From an uncultured Verrucomicrobiota bacterium (GTDB lineage: Bacteria > Verrucomicrobiota > Kiritimatiellia > JAAZAB01), in contig CAYXEK010000002.1 in the NCBI GenBank assembly GCA_964463985.1, positions 26,468 through 90,467 of the forward strand: DNA of 64,000 bases. Reading direction: 5' to 3'. Below are positions 51,101 to 60,101 of this stretch, piece after piece. The notes beneath the pieces were generated by a model. It did not search any database, was not told where the DNA came from, and was given only the letters and a program-made list of their open reading frames with translations. Positions within the stretch are counted from its first letter, which is position 1. Each line of letters starts with the position of its first letter. Position numbers and translations under genes: made by a program.

Positions 51101-52135
51101 TTATCGCCGCCACGGGCCGGCGGTGAAATCAAGCGGGCGGCTTTCATCCGCCGATTGGCGAGCCAGCAGGCATGCTTCGGTTACGCTGAACACATCCCGC
51201 GCCGGAATCCGGCAGACGCCCCGGCCGGCGATCTGATCAACGAAATCGGAAAACAGCGCCCCGGGGGCGGCGGGCGGCTGATCAATAATGCCTTCGCCGT
51301 CCGGGTATGCCGCGCAAGTCCGGCCGTCGCGCACTTCAACAAACCCGTTGGCGCCGACTATGCGCACCCGGTCGTCTCCATGGCTGCCGGCCGATTTCGG
51401 GCGCAGATAGTCAATGGTAACGGTTGCCAGAATCTCTCCCGCCATTTTAAAAACGGCAACGGCGCCGCTTTCAAGGTCGCCGTGCCCGCGGTTGGACGCG
51501 CGGGTATGATAAGCCGCGACGGATTCGAATTCAGCGCCGGAATACCACCGCAGCCAGTCTATTGCGTGGCTGCCGACCCAGGGGATGGTGCCGCCAAACG
51601 TGGCGCGCTGTTTAAAAAAATCGCGGCGTTGGCCCAGCACGTATGATTTCTGCGCGTTGATCAGCCGGATGGGGCCAAGCCGGCCGGTTTGCGTGAAATT
51701 CCAGGCGGCCTGAAAGGCCTGGTTGTACCGGGAATTCATCATGGCGGTAAAATGCGGTTGGAATTCGCGATACGCACGGTGCATCAGCCGCAGGTCATCC
51801 AGGGTCAAGGCCGCCGGTTTTTCAACAATCACATGGATATTGCGTTGGAATGACTCGGCGCACATTTGAGCATGCAGTTCAAAAGGACCGTCAACGCAGA
51901 CAATATCGGGTTGCGCACGGTCAAGCATCCGGCGCCAATCGTCAAACACCGGAGGAGCGGGCAGGTGGCCGGCAAATTCGCGGCAGCACCCGGCCAAGGC
52001 GTCAATCGGGTCGGCGCAGCCGGAAGATATGCCGGCCAGACTGACGTGCGGTTTTGCCTTAAGGGCGCGCAGAATGGAGGCGCCATGTCCGCGCGCGCCT
52101 ATAACGCATAATTTCAACTCGGGGTCGCTCGCCAT
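51101..52135 (-). CDS. Gfo/Idh/MocA-family oxidoreductase
   Basis: Start placed at the ATG at 52135 (MASDPELKLCVIGARGHGASILRAL, Rossmann motif), then ...HVIVEKPAALT. The track ORF extends to 52327, but its upstream part is translated through MITE copy B. Confidence 0.8.
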   Translation of the reverse strand: MASDPELKLCVIGARGHGASILRALKAKPHVSLAGISSGCADPIDALAGCCREFAGHLPAPPVFDDWRRMLDRAQPDIVCVDGPFELHAQMCAESFQRNIHVIVEKPAALTLDDLRLMHRAYREFQPHFTAMMNSRYNQAFQAAWNFTQTGRLGPIRLINAQKSYVLGQRRDFFKQRATFGGTIPWVGSHAIDWLRWYSGAEFESVAAYHTRASNRGHGDLESGAVAVFKMAGEILATVTIDYLRPKSAGSHGDDRVRIVGANGFVEVRDGRTCAAYPDGEGIIDQPPAAPGALFSDFVDQIAGRGVCRIPARDVFSVTEACLLARQSADESRPLDFTAGPWRR

Positions 52136-52151
52136 TTTCTGTTCCACCACA

Positions 52152-52244
52152 GGTCGGGGTGAAACCCGACCCTCCAAAAACGGGGTGATTTTGCATTTTG
52201 GAGGGACGACTTCCACGTCGTCCGAGACTTTTGAAATTGGCTCT
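52152..52244. repeat. MITE-like element, copy B (left TIR missing; element body begins 17 bp upstream of the Gfo/Idh/MocA ATG)
   Basis: GGTCGGGGTGAAACCCGACCCTCCAAAAACGG...TTTTGGAGGGACGACTTCCACGTCGTCCGAGACTTTTGAAATTGGCTCT. Same orientation as copy D. Confidence 0.7.
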
Positions 52245-52344
52245 AAGGCTTTAAAATTTCGACGCGCTTGCATAAATGCCAGCTTGCTCAAGGTTAGCCC
52301 TGAGCACGAGCGACGCAAGTCGCTCACGTCGAAGCCGTTCGGGT

Positions 52345-52382
52345 GATCTATTCATGAAGATTAAAATCTTCATGAATAGATC
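52345..52382. repeat. Perfect 38-bp palindrome GATCTATTCATGAAGATTAAAATCTTCATGAATAGATC
   Basis: Both 18-bp arms are exactly reverse-complementary around a central AA. It lies in the intergenic gap between the GHL6-like gene stop (52519) and MITE B / the Gfo gene. The adjacent hairpin GAGCGACgcaaGTCGCTC lies at 52298-52315. Confidence 0.6.
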
Positions 52383-52518
52383 GGGCTAAGAGCGTTTATT
52401 AATCATAATTTCGTGCTATCCTGTCAAACAACATCTTGCCGAGGTCCGACCCCATGCCCCGCAGCATTTCGGATGCCGAACGCCGTTCGGCAGCTACAGT
52501 GAAGAACGGTGTTGCCGG

Positions 52519-54498
52519 TCATTCCAGCACCAGCAGTTCGTAGCCGCGGACCCGCGGCACGACCACGCCGTCATATTCCCCGCGCGTCCGCACCGGCAGC
52601 GGCGCGCCGGACAGCGCCAGGCGCGCCGACCGGACCGGCCGCCCGTCGCGGCGCAGCCAGACGGTTACTTCCCGCAAATCCAGCGGTTCCTCGATGACCT
52701 GCGTCGCCCGGCCGCGCAGTTCCGGCGCGTAAGCCAGGAGATGGATCAGCCGTTGCCGGCCCTTGCGCATCACCGTGGCCTGGGCGCAGGCCGGCATGTT
52801 TTCCGTCCGCAACAGCGGGTCGGGCAGGCCAAGTTCCACGCAATTGCGGAAAAGCTGCCGGTAAGCCGGCACGGCGAATTCGTAATACGCCGTGAACAAC
52901 GGGAAACTGAAGTGTAATATATTGCCAATCCGCACCGCTGCCGGCCGGCCGGCCGGCTTTTCGGGCGGGATGTAAAGATTTTCGTGGTAGCCATCCCATG
53001 ATTGCTGGTTGAAATACGGCCGGTAAAGCGCCGCCAGCGTTTCCACCCTGCCGCGCGGCCGCACCGCGGCGCCGGGCTGGTAAATGGTGGTCAGCATCTC
53101 CGGCAAATCCGCGGCGACTTTTTTAGCGGCCTTGAAAAATGAAAAATGGTGGGGCTCCGGCCCGAGATAATCCAACTTGTATGCCGGCAGGGCGAACCTG
53201 GTTTTTTCCGGGTTCAAGCCGGCAGTGGCGGACGACACCAGCACGCCGCCCCGGCGCAAATGCGCCTGGAGTTTGCGGCGCAACCCGGGATCCACGGTGA
53301 CATTATCCGGCAGGATCAATACCCGGTAACCGGACAAGTCCCCTGCCCCATCGCAGAGGTCGAATTGATACTTCAACTCATTCAACAGGCGCGCCGCCCC
53401 GCGCAGATGCTGCATGCTGTAAAAATTCTGCGGGAATTCCGCGAGCGCCGGACAGACCACCGCCATTTCCGAGACGGGCGCGGCGCCCGCCACCCACGGC
53501 TCAATCTTTTTAACCTCGTCATACACCTCGCCAATCCGGCGATACACCGCCGGCTCCAGCCGCGCGCGCGGATGGGCATGATCGCCCACGCTGCAGGCGC
53601 TGCCCAGCGACAGGGCCTGCTGGCAATCGAACAGCAGCGAGGCCTTGGAACGCAGTCCGCCGAAATCGCGCCAACTGCGATGGAACCGGCCGGTCATCGT
53701 CAGCACCGGCCGGCCCAGCGACCGCGCGTACCGCACCATGAAGGGAATGGCGTCATAGCCATATTCCGGCGCCGTGGGGATGACTTCGACCTCGACATGG
53801 GTGGGCTGTTCCCGCCAGGGCATGCCGTTGAAAAACAGCAGCAAATCCGGCTTGCCCTGCGCGCGCGCCAGTTTTTCAACATCGCGCTGGAAGCGGCGCA
53901 TCACATCCAAAGCGAATTTTTTGGCGTCATCCTCCCGGAAGATATCCAGTCCCGCAGCCCGCATGCCGTCCAGGCATTCAGCGCCGTAACAGGGCGCATT
54001 GCCCAGGCCGTCGAAAAACAAGCCGTCCACGGGATAGCGCGCAAGCACTTCCCGCACCATGCCCAGCAGGTAATCCCGGTAGCCGGTATTCAGGCAGGGC
54101 CGGCGGAACCAGTGGTTCATCTTCGCCATGTCGTAAATCTTGCCGTCCTTGTCCACCTTGCACCATTCCCGCCGGCGCAGGACATGTTCGTGGTCCAGCC
54201 CGGCCTGGAAATAGGCCGCCGCGCGGATGCCCCGCGCATGGCAGGCGCGCACCATGCCGCCCAGCAGGTCGGGATGCTTCAAGCCCGGGTGCGGAGTCCC
54301 GATTTTGGTGGGATAATAGGCGAACCCCAGGTTGCACTTGGCGAATACCGTGATGTAATCCACCCCCGCATCGGCCAGCGTCCGGCCGAAAGCCGCCGGA
54401 TCGAATTCCGCGCCGACGTCATACACGCCGGGCATGGTATGGAAATCCATGTGCACGGCGCGGCGCGGGCAGTTTTTACTTGTTTTTCTGGGGCTCAT
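52519..54498 (-). CDS. GHL6-like putative glycoside hydrolase with a GH42-type trimerisation (GATase1-like) domain, paralog 1
   Basis: 659-aa ORF. HMDFHTMPG...DYITVFAKCNLGFAYYPTK... and VLILPDNV...LRRGGVLVSS. It shares this architecture and roughly 40% identity with the ORF at 54931. The start could instead be M17 (54450). Confidence 0.45.
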   Translation of the reverse strand: MSPRKTSKNCPRRAVHMDFHTMPGVYDVGAEFDPAAFGRTLADAGVDYITVFAKCNLGFAYYPTKIGTPHPGLKHPDLLGGMVRACHARGIRAAAYFQAGLDHEHVLRRREWCKVDKDGKIYDMAKMNHWFRRPCLNTGYRDYLLGMVREVLARYPVDGLFFDGLGNAPCYGAECLDGMRAAGLDIFREDDAKKFALDVMRRFQRDVEKLARAQGKPDLLLFFNGMPWREQPTHVEVEVIPTAPEYGYDAIPFMVRYARSLGRPVLTMTGRFHRSWRDFGGLRSKASLLFDCQQALSLGSACSVGDHAHPRARLEPAVYRRIGEVYDEVKKIEPWVAGAAPVSEMAVVCPALAEFPQNFYSMQHLRGAARLLNELKYQFDLCDGAGDLSGYRVLILPDNVTVDPGLRRKLQAHLRRGGVLVSSATAGLNPEKTRFALPAYKLDYLGPEPHHFSFFKAAKKVAADLPEMLTTIYQPGAAVRPRGRVETLAALYRPYFNQQSWDGYHENLYIPPEKPAGRPAAVRIGNILHFSFPLFTAYYEFAVPAYRQLFRNCVELGLPDPLLRTENMPACAQATVMRKGRQRLIHLLAYAPELRGRATQVIEEPLDLREVTVWLRRDGRPVRSARLALSGAPLPVRTRGEYDGVVVPRVRGYELLVLE

Positions 54499-54561
54499 CT
54501 TGATTCCCTGCGTTTATTGGCGCGTTTAAATAACTTGTTTGAGTCGTTTTGCAAAACCTGT

Positions 54562-54682
54562 GAGCCAGTTTCAAAAGTCCCGGATGAAGTGGAAGTCGTC
54601 CCTCAAAAATGTAAAATCATCCCATGTTTGGAGGGTCGGGTTCCACCCCGACCTTGTTGGCAGGACTTTTGAAACTGGCTAC
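54562..54682. repeat. MITE-like element, copy C (diverged hairpin 1)
   Basis: GAGCCAGTTTCAAAAGTC...GGAGGGTCGGGTTCCACCCCGACC...GAAACTGGCTAC, flanked by TGT on both sides. It lies 64 bp upstream of the GHL6 paralog-1 start. Confidence 0.65.
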
Positions 54683-54797
54683 TGTAAATTATAAATTTAC
54701 ATCACTGTCATCCCATAGTGCTAATTTTCAACCAGAAAACAGCAGTTTTTACTGATAAATCCAGCTATTGCGTTCCCGGCAAAACGGGGTTAAGTTC

Positions 54798-54856
54798 CGG
54801 TTTTATGCGGGGTCGGAATCGGTATCGAAATCGGCAGCGATCCCGATAGCGAAAGC
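54798..54856. repeat. 13-bp inverted repeat GGGGTCGGAATCG ... CGATTCCGACCCC bracketing a CGAT-rich core (GGTATCGAAATCGGCAGCGATCCCGATAGCGAAAG). A related copy of the core lies at 56996-57035.
   Basis: Seen directly. The two copies flank the GHL6 paralog-2 gene, downstream of its stop and upstream of its start. Confidence 0.5.
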
Positions 54857-54930
54857 GATTCCGACCCCGACGTTGTGTTTTTGCTTTATTACCTGTGGGA
54901 TGCTACTGAATTTACAAAATCAAGCATTAT

Positions 54931-56916
54931 CTATTCCTCAAACACCGCCACGGCCCAGCCGGTCACCCGCGGGATCGTCACGCGCGCGTAATTGCCTTCC
55001 ACCGCAAACGGCAGCGGCGTCCGGGATGGCGCCAGGTAAACCGTTTTCGGCGGACGCCCATCCAGGCGCATGCGCACTTCGAAGTCGCACAGGTCCAGCG
55101 GCTCCTCGATCATGTTGATCCCGGCGCCGCGCGCTTCCGGCAGGTAGGCCGTGACGTACACCATGCGCCGGCCGGGCTGCGACGTAACCGTCACCCGGCT
55201 GTAGGATGGCGCGCCCGGCGCGCGCACCAGCGGCTCGGGCAGAAACCGTTGGAGCAGGTTGGCGATAATCTGGCGCATGGGCAAGGCGCCGCTGGTGTAA
55301 TAAGTATTGAAGATCGGATGGCTGACATACGCCGCGCGATTTTGGATGACTATCGCCGGCCGGCCGGCGGACTTGTCGGGCGGAGTATACCGGAATCCAT
55401 GGCTGCCGTCCCACTCGTTGTTGTAATACGGGGCGGTGATGGTGGCCATAACCTCCGCGCCGGGACGGGCGGCGACGGCCAGCCCGCGTTCGTAGAGCGT
55501 CACCGGCATCTCCGGCATGCCTTCCGCAAATGCCGGCGCGAATTCGATATAGGCCGGATCGAAGGGATCAGGCCCCTGATAGTCCACACCCAGTTCCCCC
55601 AGCGCGAATCCGGTCTGCTCCGGGTTCAGCCCGGATTGATATGACGCGATCAGCGCGCCGCCCTGGCGCAGGTGTTTTATGAGCCGGGCATGTATTTCCG
55701 GGGTAATCGCCACATCGTCCGGCAGCACCAGGACTTTATATTTATCCCACTCCGCCGCCAGGGTGACGTTGTCAAATTGCATTTTCAGTTCGGAAAGCAT
55801 GCGGGTGGCGGATTTAATCACCTGGCGGTTGCGGTTTTTAAAATCCTGCCGGGCTCCGCCAATGTCTTTGTAGTCGGGATAACTGCATGACATGACATTG
55901 GCCATTTCCACCAGCGGCGCCGCGCCGTCAATCCAGGGCTGCAGCGGCTGGAGTTTCTGATAAACGGCCCGGTCCAGTTTCATCACCGCCCGGTTCAGAT
56001 CGCCGCGCGGGTGAAAATGATCGCCGATACTGGGCGGCAGCCCGTTGGCGATACCAAGGATGCAATCGTATTCCACGCTGGCCGGCGTGCGCACGCCGCC
56101 GAAATCGCCCCAGCTCTTCTGGAACCGGCCGGTCATGTTCAACACCGGCTTGCCCAGGGTGCGCATGTAGCGTCCGATGGTCGGCAGCAATTCGTACCCC
56201 CACCCGCCCTGCGGCAGGCATTCCAATTCCAGGTAATTGCCGAATTCCGCCTGGGCTTCGTAATCAATGCCGTTGAAATACAGCAGCAGTTCCGGATTGA
56301 TCCCGCGCGCGGCTTCCGACAGCCGCCGGCCCATGGCCAGCATCTTGCGGTAATTGAAATCGTTGAGCTGCACCGGGTCGTTCCAGTCCACGCCTTCGGC
56401 CTTCATCTTTTCCATGCACTCCCGGCCGATGCAGGCCTGGGTATGGAAGCAATCAAAAAACAACCCATCCGCCTTGTACCAATCAACGACTTCTTTTACC
56501 ATGCCAACCACATGTTCGGCATAACCAGTGTTGTAGCACATCTGCCGGCAGAACGAATTGTTGAATTGGGCGTCGTACATCCGGCCATCCGCCCGCAGTA
56601 CGGCCCAATCGCGCCGGCGATAAGCCTCCTCGTGGCTTAAGCCCACGTTGATATAAGCCGAGATGGCTATGCCCCGGGCATGGCAGGCCTGGACCAGGTC
56701 GCCGAACAGATCGCGCCGCATGGCCGGGTGCGGGATTCCCAGCCTGGTGGGATAATAAGCCGTGCCCAGGTTGCAGCGCGCGGGGAACACCACGAAATCC
56801 GCGCCGCACTCCTTGAACCAGTCGGTGATGGCATCCATGTCGAAATTTTTGCCCACGTCCGGATTGGCCGGCATGGTGTGAAAATCGAAAAACAGCGCCC
56901 ATTTCGGTTTGTGCAT
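54931..56916 (-). CDS. GHL6-like putative glycoside hydrolase with a GH42M-like domain, paralog 2
   Basis: 661-aa ORF. MHKPKWALFFDFHTMP...ARCNLGTAYYPTRLG... and VLVLPDDV...LRQGGALIASYQSGL. Confidence 0.45.
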   Translation of the reverse strand: MHKPKWALFFDFHTMPANPDVGKNFDMDAITDWFKECGADFVVFPARCNLGTAYYPTRLGIPHPAMRRDLFGDLVQACHARGIAISAYINVGLSHEEAYRRRDWAVLRADGRMYDAQFNNSFCRQMCYNTGYAEHVVGMVKEVVDWYKADGLFFDCFHTQACIGRECMEKMKAEGVDWNDPVQLNDFNYRKMLAMGRRLSEAARGINPELLLYFNGIDYEAQAEFGNYLELECLPQGGWGYELLPTIGRYMRTLGKPVLNMTGRFQKSWGDFGGVRTPASVEYDCILGIANGLPPSIGDHFHPRGDLNRAVMKLDRAVYQKLQPLQPWIDGAAPLVEMANVMSCSYPDYKDIGGARQDFKNRNRQVIKSATRMLSELKMQFDNVTLAAEWDKYKVLVLPDDVAITPEIHARLIKHLRQGGALIASYQSGLNPEQTGFALGELGVDYQGPDPFDPAYIEFAPAFAEGMPEMPVTLYERGLAVAARPGAEVMATITAPYYNNEWDGSHGFRYTPPDKSAGRPAIVIQNRAAYVSHPIFNTYYTSGALPMRQIIANLLQRFLPEPLVRAPGAPSYSRVTVTSQPGRRMVYVTAYLPEARGAGINMIEEPLDLCDFEVRMRLDGRPPKTVYLAPSRTPLPFAVEGNYARVTIPRVTGWAVAVFEE

Positions 56917-57181
56917 AATTTGCCCCGTATTTCAACCAAGCTCTCCGTCAAGACATCCCCAAGGCGGAAGCAGGCCCGCCACTCAAATCAAAATTGGTAT
57001 CGGCATCGATCCCGATTTCGATAGCGATTTCGATTATCTTTTGCCAACGCGCGAAAAACTAGCATGAACCAGGACGGCGGGCAATGGACGGGATTGATTA
57101 AGTTGTGTGTAAAATTAGCCCGGGGCCGCCCGCGCCGGCTTCCCGGCCGCGGCCCGGCGTGAATGGGTTTCGCGCCGGAGC

Positions 57182-58540
57182 TTACTGCAAGCTGAAGACC
57201 GTCCCGCGCAACACATGCTCGTAACACCCCATATCGGCCATGCCGCTGAAAATATCTACCCGGCGCCGGCCGTCCAGGTCGGTTGCCCCGGCCATCCAAT
57301 CCAGGTTGGTGCCGGTATTGACGCAGGGCGACTCCGCCGGCACATGATAATCGCCGGCGCCGCCATCCGCAAACTGGGGCGGCGCATCGGTATTATTGGT
57401 TGACGCCGTGTTCCAGGTGGTTGACCCCAACGGCGCGGTGCAACAGTGGTAATAGCCGCCATTCGTGGCTTGAAGGCCCACATGATGCCAGTTGGATGAG
57501 GCTCCGGAAATCACGTTGTTGTCATAGATGATATTATTGTAAAAGTTGCCGATGTAGGTTGCCCCATCGTTATAAAAATATAACCCTCCGCCATACTGTC
57601 CGCCGGTGTTGCCGGTGATGGTGCAGTTGGCCACATTACCGCGGTCTCTTATATAAATGCCGCCTCCGCCCTGGCCGGCGCTGACTGTGGTGTTGCTGGT
57701 GATGAGGCAATTGCGAATCCAGCCGTCAGGCGATCGCTGAAGGTACACACCGGCGCCGCTGAGCGTGGAGGTGTTATTGTGCACTTGGCAGCGATCCATT
57801 ACGCCTTTGTAATAAACACCTGCGCCGCCGCCGACCGTTCCCGCGGAATTGCCGGCAATCTCGCAATCCTCTATGGTGAAAGTGCCGCCGTAATTGCAGA
57901 TTCCGCCGCCGCCGCGAAAAGCCTGGTTGTTGGTTATCAGGCAATCACGGACCAAGCCCCAATAACTGGCGCCGCCGACCAGCAGGCCGCCGCCGTAATT
58001 GGAGCTGACATTGCCGGCAATCACACAGTTGAAAACCCGCCCGCCATTGCCGATCCAGACGCCGCCGCCGCCAATGCCGGGATTGCTGCCGTCGCTATTG
58101 GTGGCCAGGTTGCCGGTAACCCAGCAATTGCTGAGCGTGGCGCCGGCGTGCACTCTGACACCGCCGCCGTTATCGTTGCCGAAACCGTTGCGGATGGTGA
58201 ATCCGGTCAGCAAGGCGTTGGTGCTGGTCATGTAAACGCAGCGCACTTTATGGTCGCCGTCTATGATCGTGTCAGCCGGATTACCGCTCCAGGAACGTAC
58301 TTGTCGGTCGCCGACGGTCAGTTGCGCTGCCAGCACGTACAGGCCGTTTGAGACCCAGACGGCATCGCCATTGGCCGATTTGACCACGGCATTGCTGATG
58401 GTGGCATAGGCCTGCTCCCAACCGCCGGTGCCGTTGTTGGCGGCGTCGTTGCCATTGGTGGCGACATACCATGTCGCCGCGTATAAATAGCCGGTCGCCA
58501 GCAGACTAACGGCCAGGAAACATAGTTTTTTCATCTGCAC
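57182..58540 (-). CDS. Secreted right-handed parallel beta-helix repeat protein (paralog P4)
   Basis: 452-aa ORF with a signal peptide (MQMKKLCFLAVSLLATGYLYA). Numerous GGG.....N beta-helix turns. C-terminal DLDGRRRVD...ADMGCYEH. Confidence 0.7.
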   Translation of the reverse strand: MQMKKLCFLAVSLLATGYLYAATWYVATNGNDAANNGTGGWEQAYATISNAVVKSANGDAVWVSNGLYVLAAQLTVGDRQVRSWSGNPADTIIDGDHKVRCVYMTSTNALLTGFTIRNGFGNDNGGGVRVHAGATLSNCWVTGNLATNSDGSNPGIGGGGVWIGNGGRVFNCVIAGNVSSNYGGGLLVGGASYWGLVRDCLITNNQAFRGGGGICNYGGTFTIEDCEIAGNSAGTVGGGAGVYYKGVMDRCQVHNNTSTLSGAGVYLQRSPDGWIRNCLITSNTTVSAGQGGGGIYIRDRGNVANCTITGNTGGQYGGGLYFYNDGATYIGNFYNNIIYDNNVISGASSNWHHVGLQATNGGYYHCCTAPLGSTTWNTASTNNTDAPPQFADGGAGDYHVPAESPCVNTGTNLDWMAGATDLDGRRRVDIFSGMADMGCYEHVLRGTVFSLQ

Positions 58541-58572
58541 TGCTCCTTGTTGTGTCGTGTGTTTTGTTAATG

Positions 58573-59856
58573 TTATTCCTTTTCAACGATCAGCGTTACA
58601 ACCTCCCAACTGGCTGTTGGCGCGAAATTCTGCCTGACCGCCGCGCGTCCATCTTCCGCGGCAGCGCGGATCGTGTAGGTGAATTTTTGCTCTTCCGGTT
58701 CGCCGGCGTCGCCGGCGCGCAGTAAACGTTCGGTTAAAAGGATTGCGCCAGCCTGACCGGCGCCGGGAGTATGTCCGTCCTCGCCGGTGGCGGCAACTCC
58801 ATTATCAACCGCCTGCCGGTCATGCTGCTCATTGATGACCTCCACCCGGACCTTGGAAAGCGGCCGGGAATTCCTGTCCAGCGCGGCCACCCGGATATGC
58901 CGGCGGATAATTGCCCGCGGGCGGCGCGCCGCGCCGGTTTTTTTATCCACCGCGCCGATGATGATATTCCCTGAAAGCGGAGGCGTCAATTCGCAATCAA
59001 TGCATACCACGCCTTGCGCGGTGAAGCGCAAATGCCAGTTGCGCCGGTTGCCTTCGAACCGGCAATCGCGCAGGACCGTATCCAGCGAACCCCAGTCCAG
59101 AACCGCGGCGTCCAAGTCGCGGAATACGCATCCCCGCGCTTCGGCCATCCGGCCGGCATCCATAACCGCCGTGCCGCCATGTTCAAAAACCGTTTGTTCC
59201 AGGCGGTATTCCTTGTAAACTGTTTTGCGCGCGTAAAAGGTCATGATGCCGCGTACCCAGGAGACCGTGGCCTTGTGCAGGATCAGGCTGTCGGCGTTCA
59301 AATCCAGGTGCGGATTGCCGATCATGTGGTCCCGGTCCGGCATGGCCGCCGTAATTGCACCGTGCCAGACGTGCAACTGGCCGCGCACCTTAATGGCATG
59401 GGGCGCGGACTTGGAACTGAACAGTTTGAGCGCCGGTTGAATATCCGGCTGATCCGGAAACCCGATTTGCAAACGGGTGGTATATTGGCTGGCGCGGTAA
59501 TACGGTTCCGGAATTTCGCCCTGCGCCACGGTCACATTGCCGGAAACCGCCAGGGTTTCCCCGGGATGATTGGGAGCTCCAAGCTGGAAATAAGTCAGCG
59601 TGCGCGCATTGTCGCCAATGGCCAGGTTGGCGGCAACGGTGTAAACATCAGCCGTCGGTTCGTATTCAACCAGGTCCCAACCCATCCGCCGGTCGGCTGC
59701 CAGCAGGAGCGCGGGAGTGCATGGGAACCAATCGGGATAGCCTACGGCGTGGATGGTGCGGGTGGCGGCATCGAACGCAATGCCGGCCCGGGCGGCCGGG
59801 GCGGCCGGCAAAATCACCAATACCATCAGGCAGATAATTTTCGCATAAAGCTTCAT
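58573..59856 (-). CDS. Hypothetical secreted protein
   Basis: 427-aa ORF with a signal peptide (MKLYAKIICLMVLVILPAAPAARA). No motif recognised. Confidence 0.4.
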   Translation of the reverse strand: MKLYAKIICLMVLVILPAAPAARAGIAFDAATRTIHAVGYPDWFPCTPALLLAADRRMGWDLVEYEPTADVYTVAANLAIGDNARTLTYFQLGAPNHPGETLAVSGNVTVAQGEIPEPYYRASQYTTRLQIGFPDQPDIQPALKLFSSKSAPHAIKVRGQLHVWHGAITAAMPDRDHMIGNPHLDLNADSLILHKATVSWVRGIMTFYARKTVYKEYRLEQTVFEHGGTAVMDAGRMAEARGCVFRDLDAAVLDWGSLDTVLRDCRFEGNRRNWHLRFTAQGVVCIDCELTPPLSGNIIIGAVDKKTGAARRPRAIIRRHIRVAALDRNSRPLSKVRVEVINEQHDRQAVDNGVAATGEDGHTPGAGQAGAILLTERLLRAGDAGEPEEQKFTYTIRAAAEDGRAAVRQNFAPTASWEVVTLIVEKE

Positions 59857-59934
59857 GCGTCACTTTCACAAGCCGGCTTTTAAAAGCGGCATTCAGACAG
59901 TCTTCCGCGGCAATTTATCCTGAATTCTGACTCC

Positions 59935-60056
59935 AGAGCCAATTTCAAAAGTCCTATCAAAAAGGTCGGGGTGTAACCCGACCCTCCAAAAACGGGTTGT
60001 TTTTCCATTTTGGAGGGACGACTTCCACGTCGTCCGAGACTTTTGAAATTGGCTCT
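59935..60056. repeat. MITE-like element, copy D (intact TIRs AGAGCCAATTTCAAAAGTC / GACTTTTGAAATTGGCTCT; candidate TCCA target-site duplication)
   Basis: Opposite orientation to copy A. Flanked by ...cTCCA | element | TCCAg.... It lies 79 bp upstream of the ORF start at 59856. Confidence 0.7.
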
Positions 60057-60101
60057 CCAGAATACTGAATTCTTTCAAAACGTGAGTTTTGAAATTTGCT
60101 T

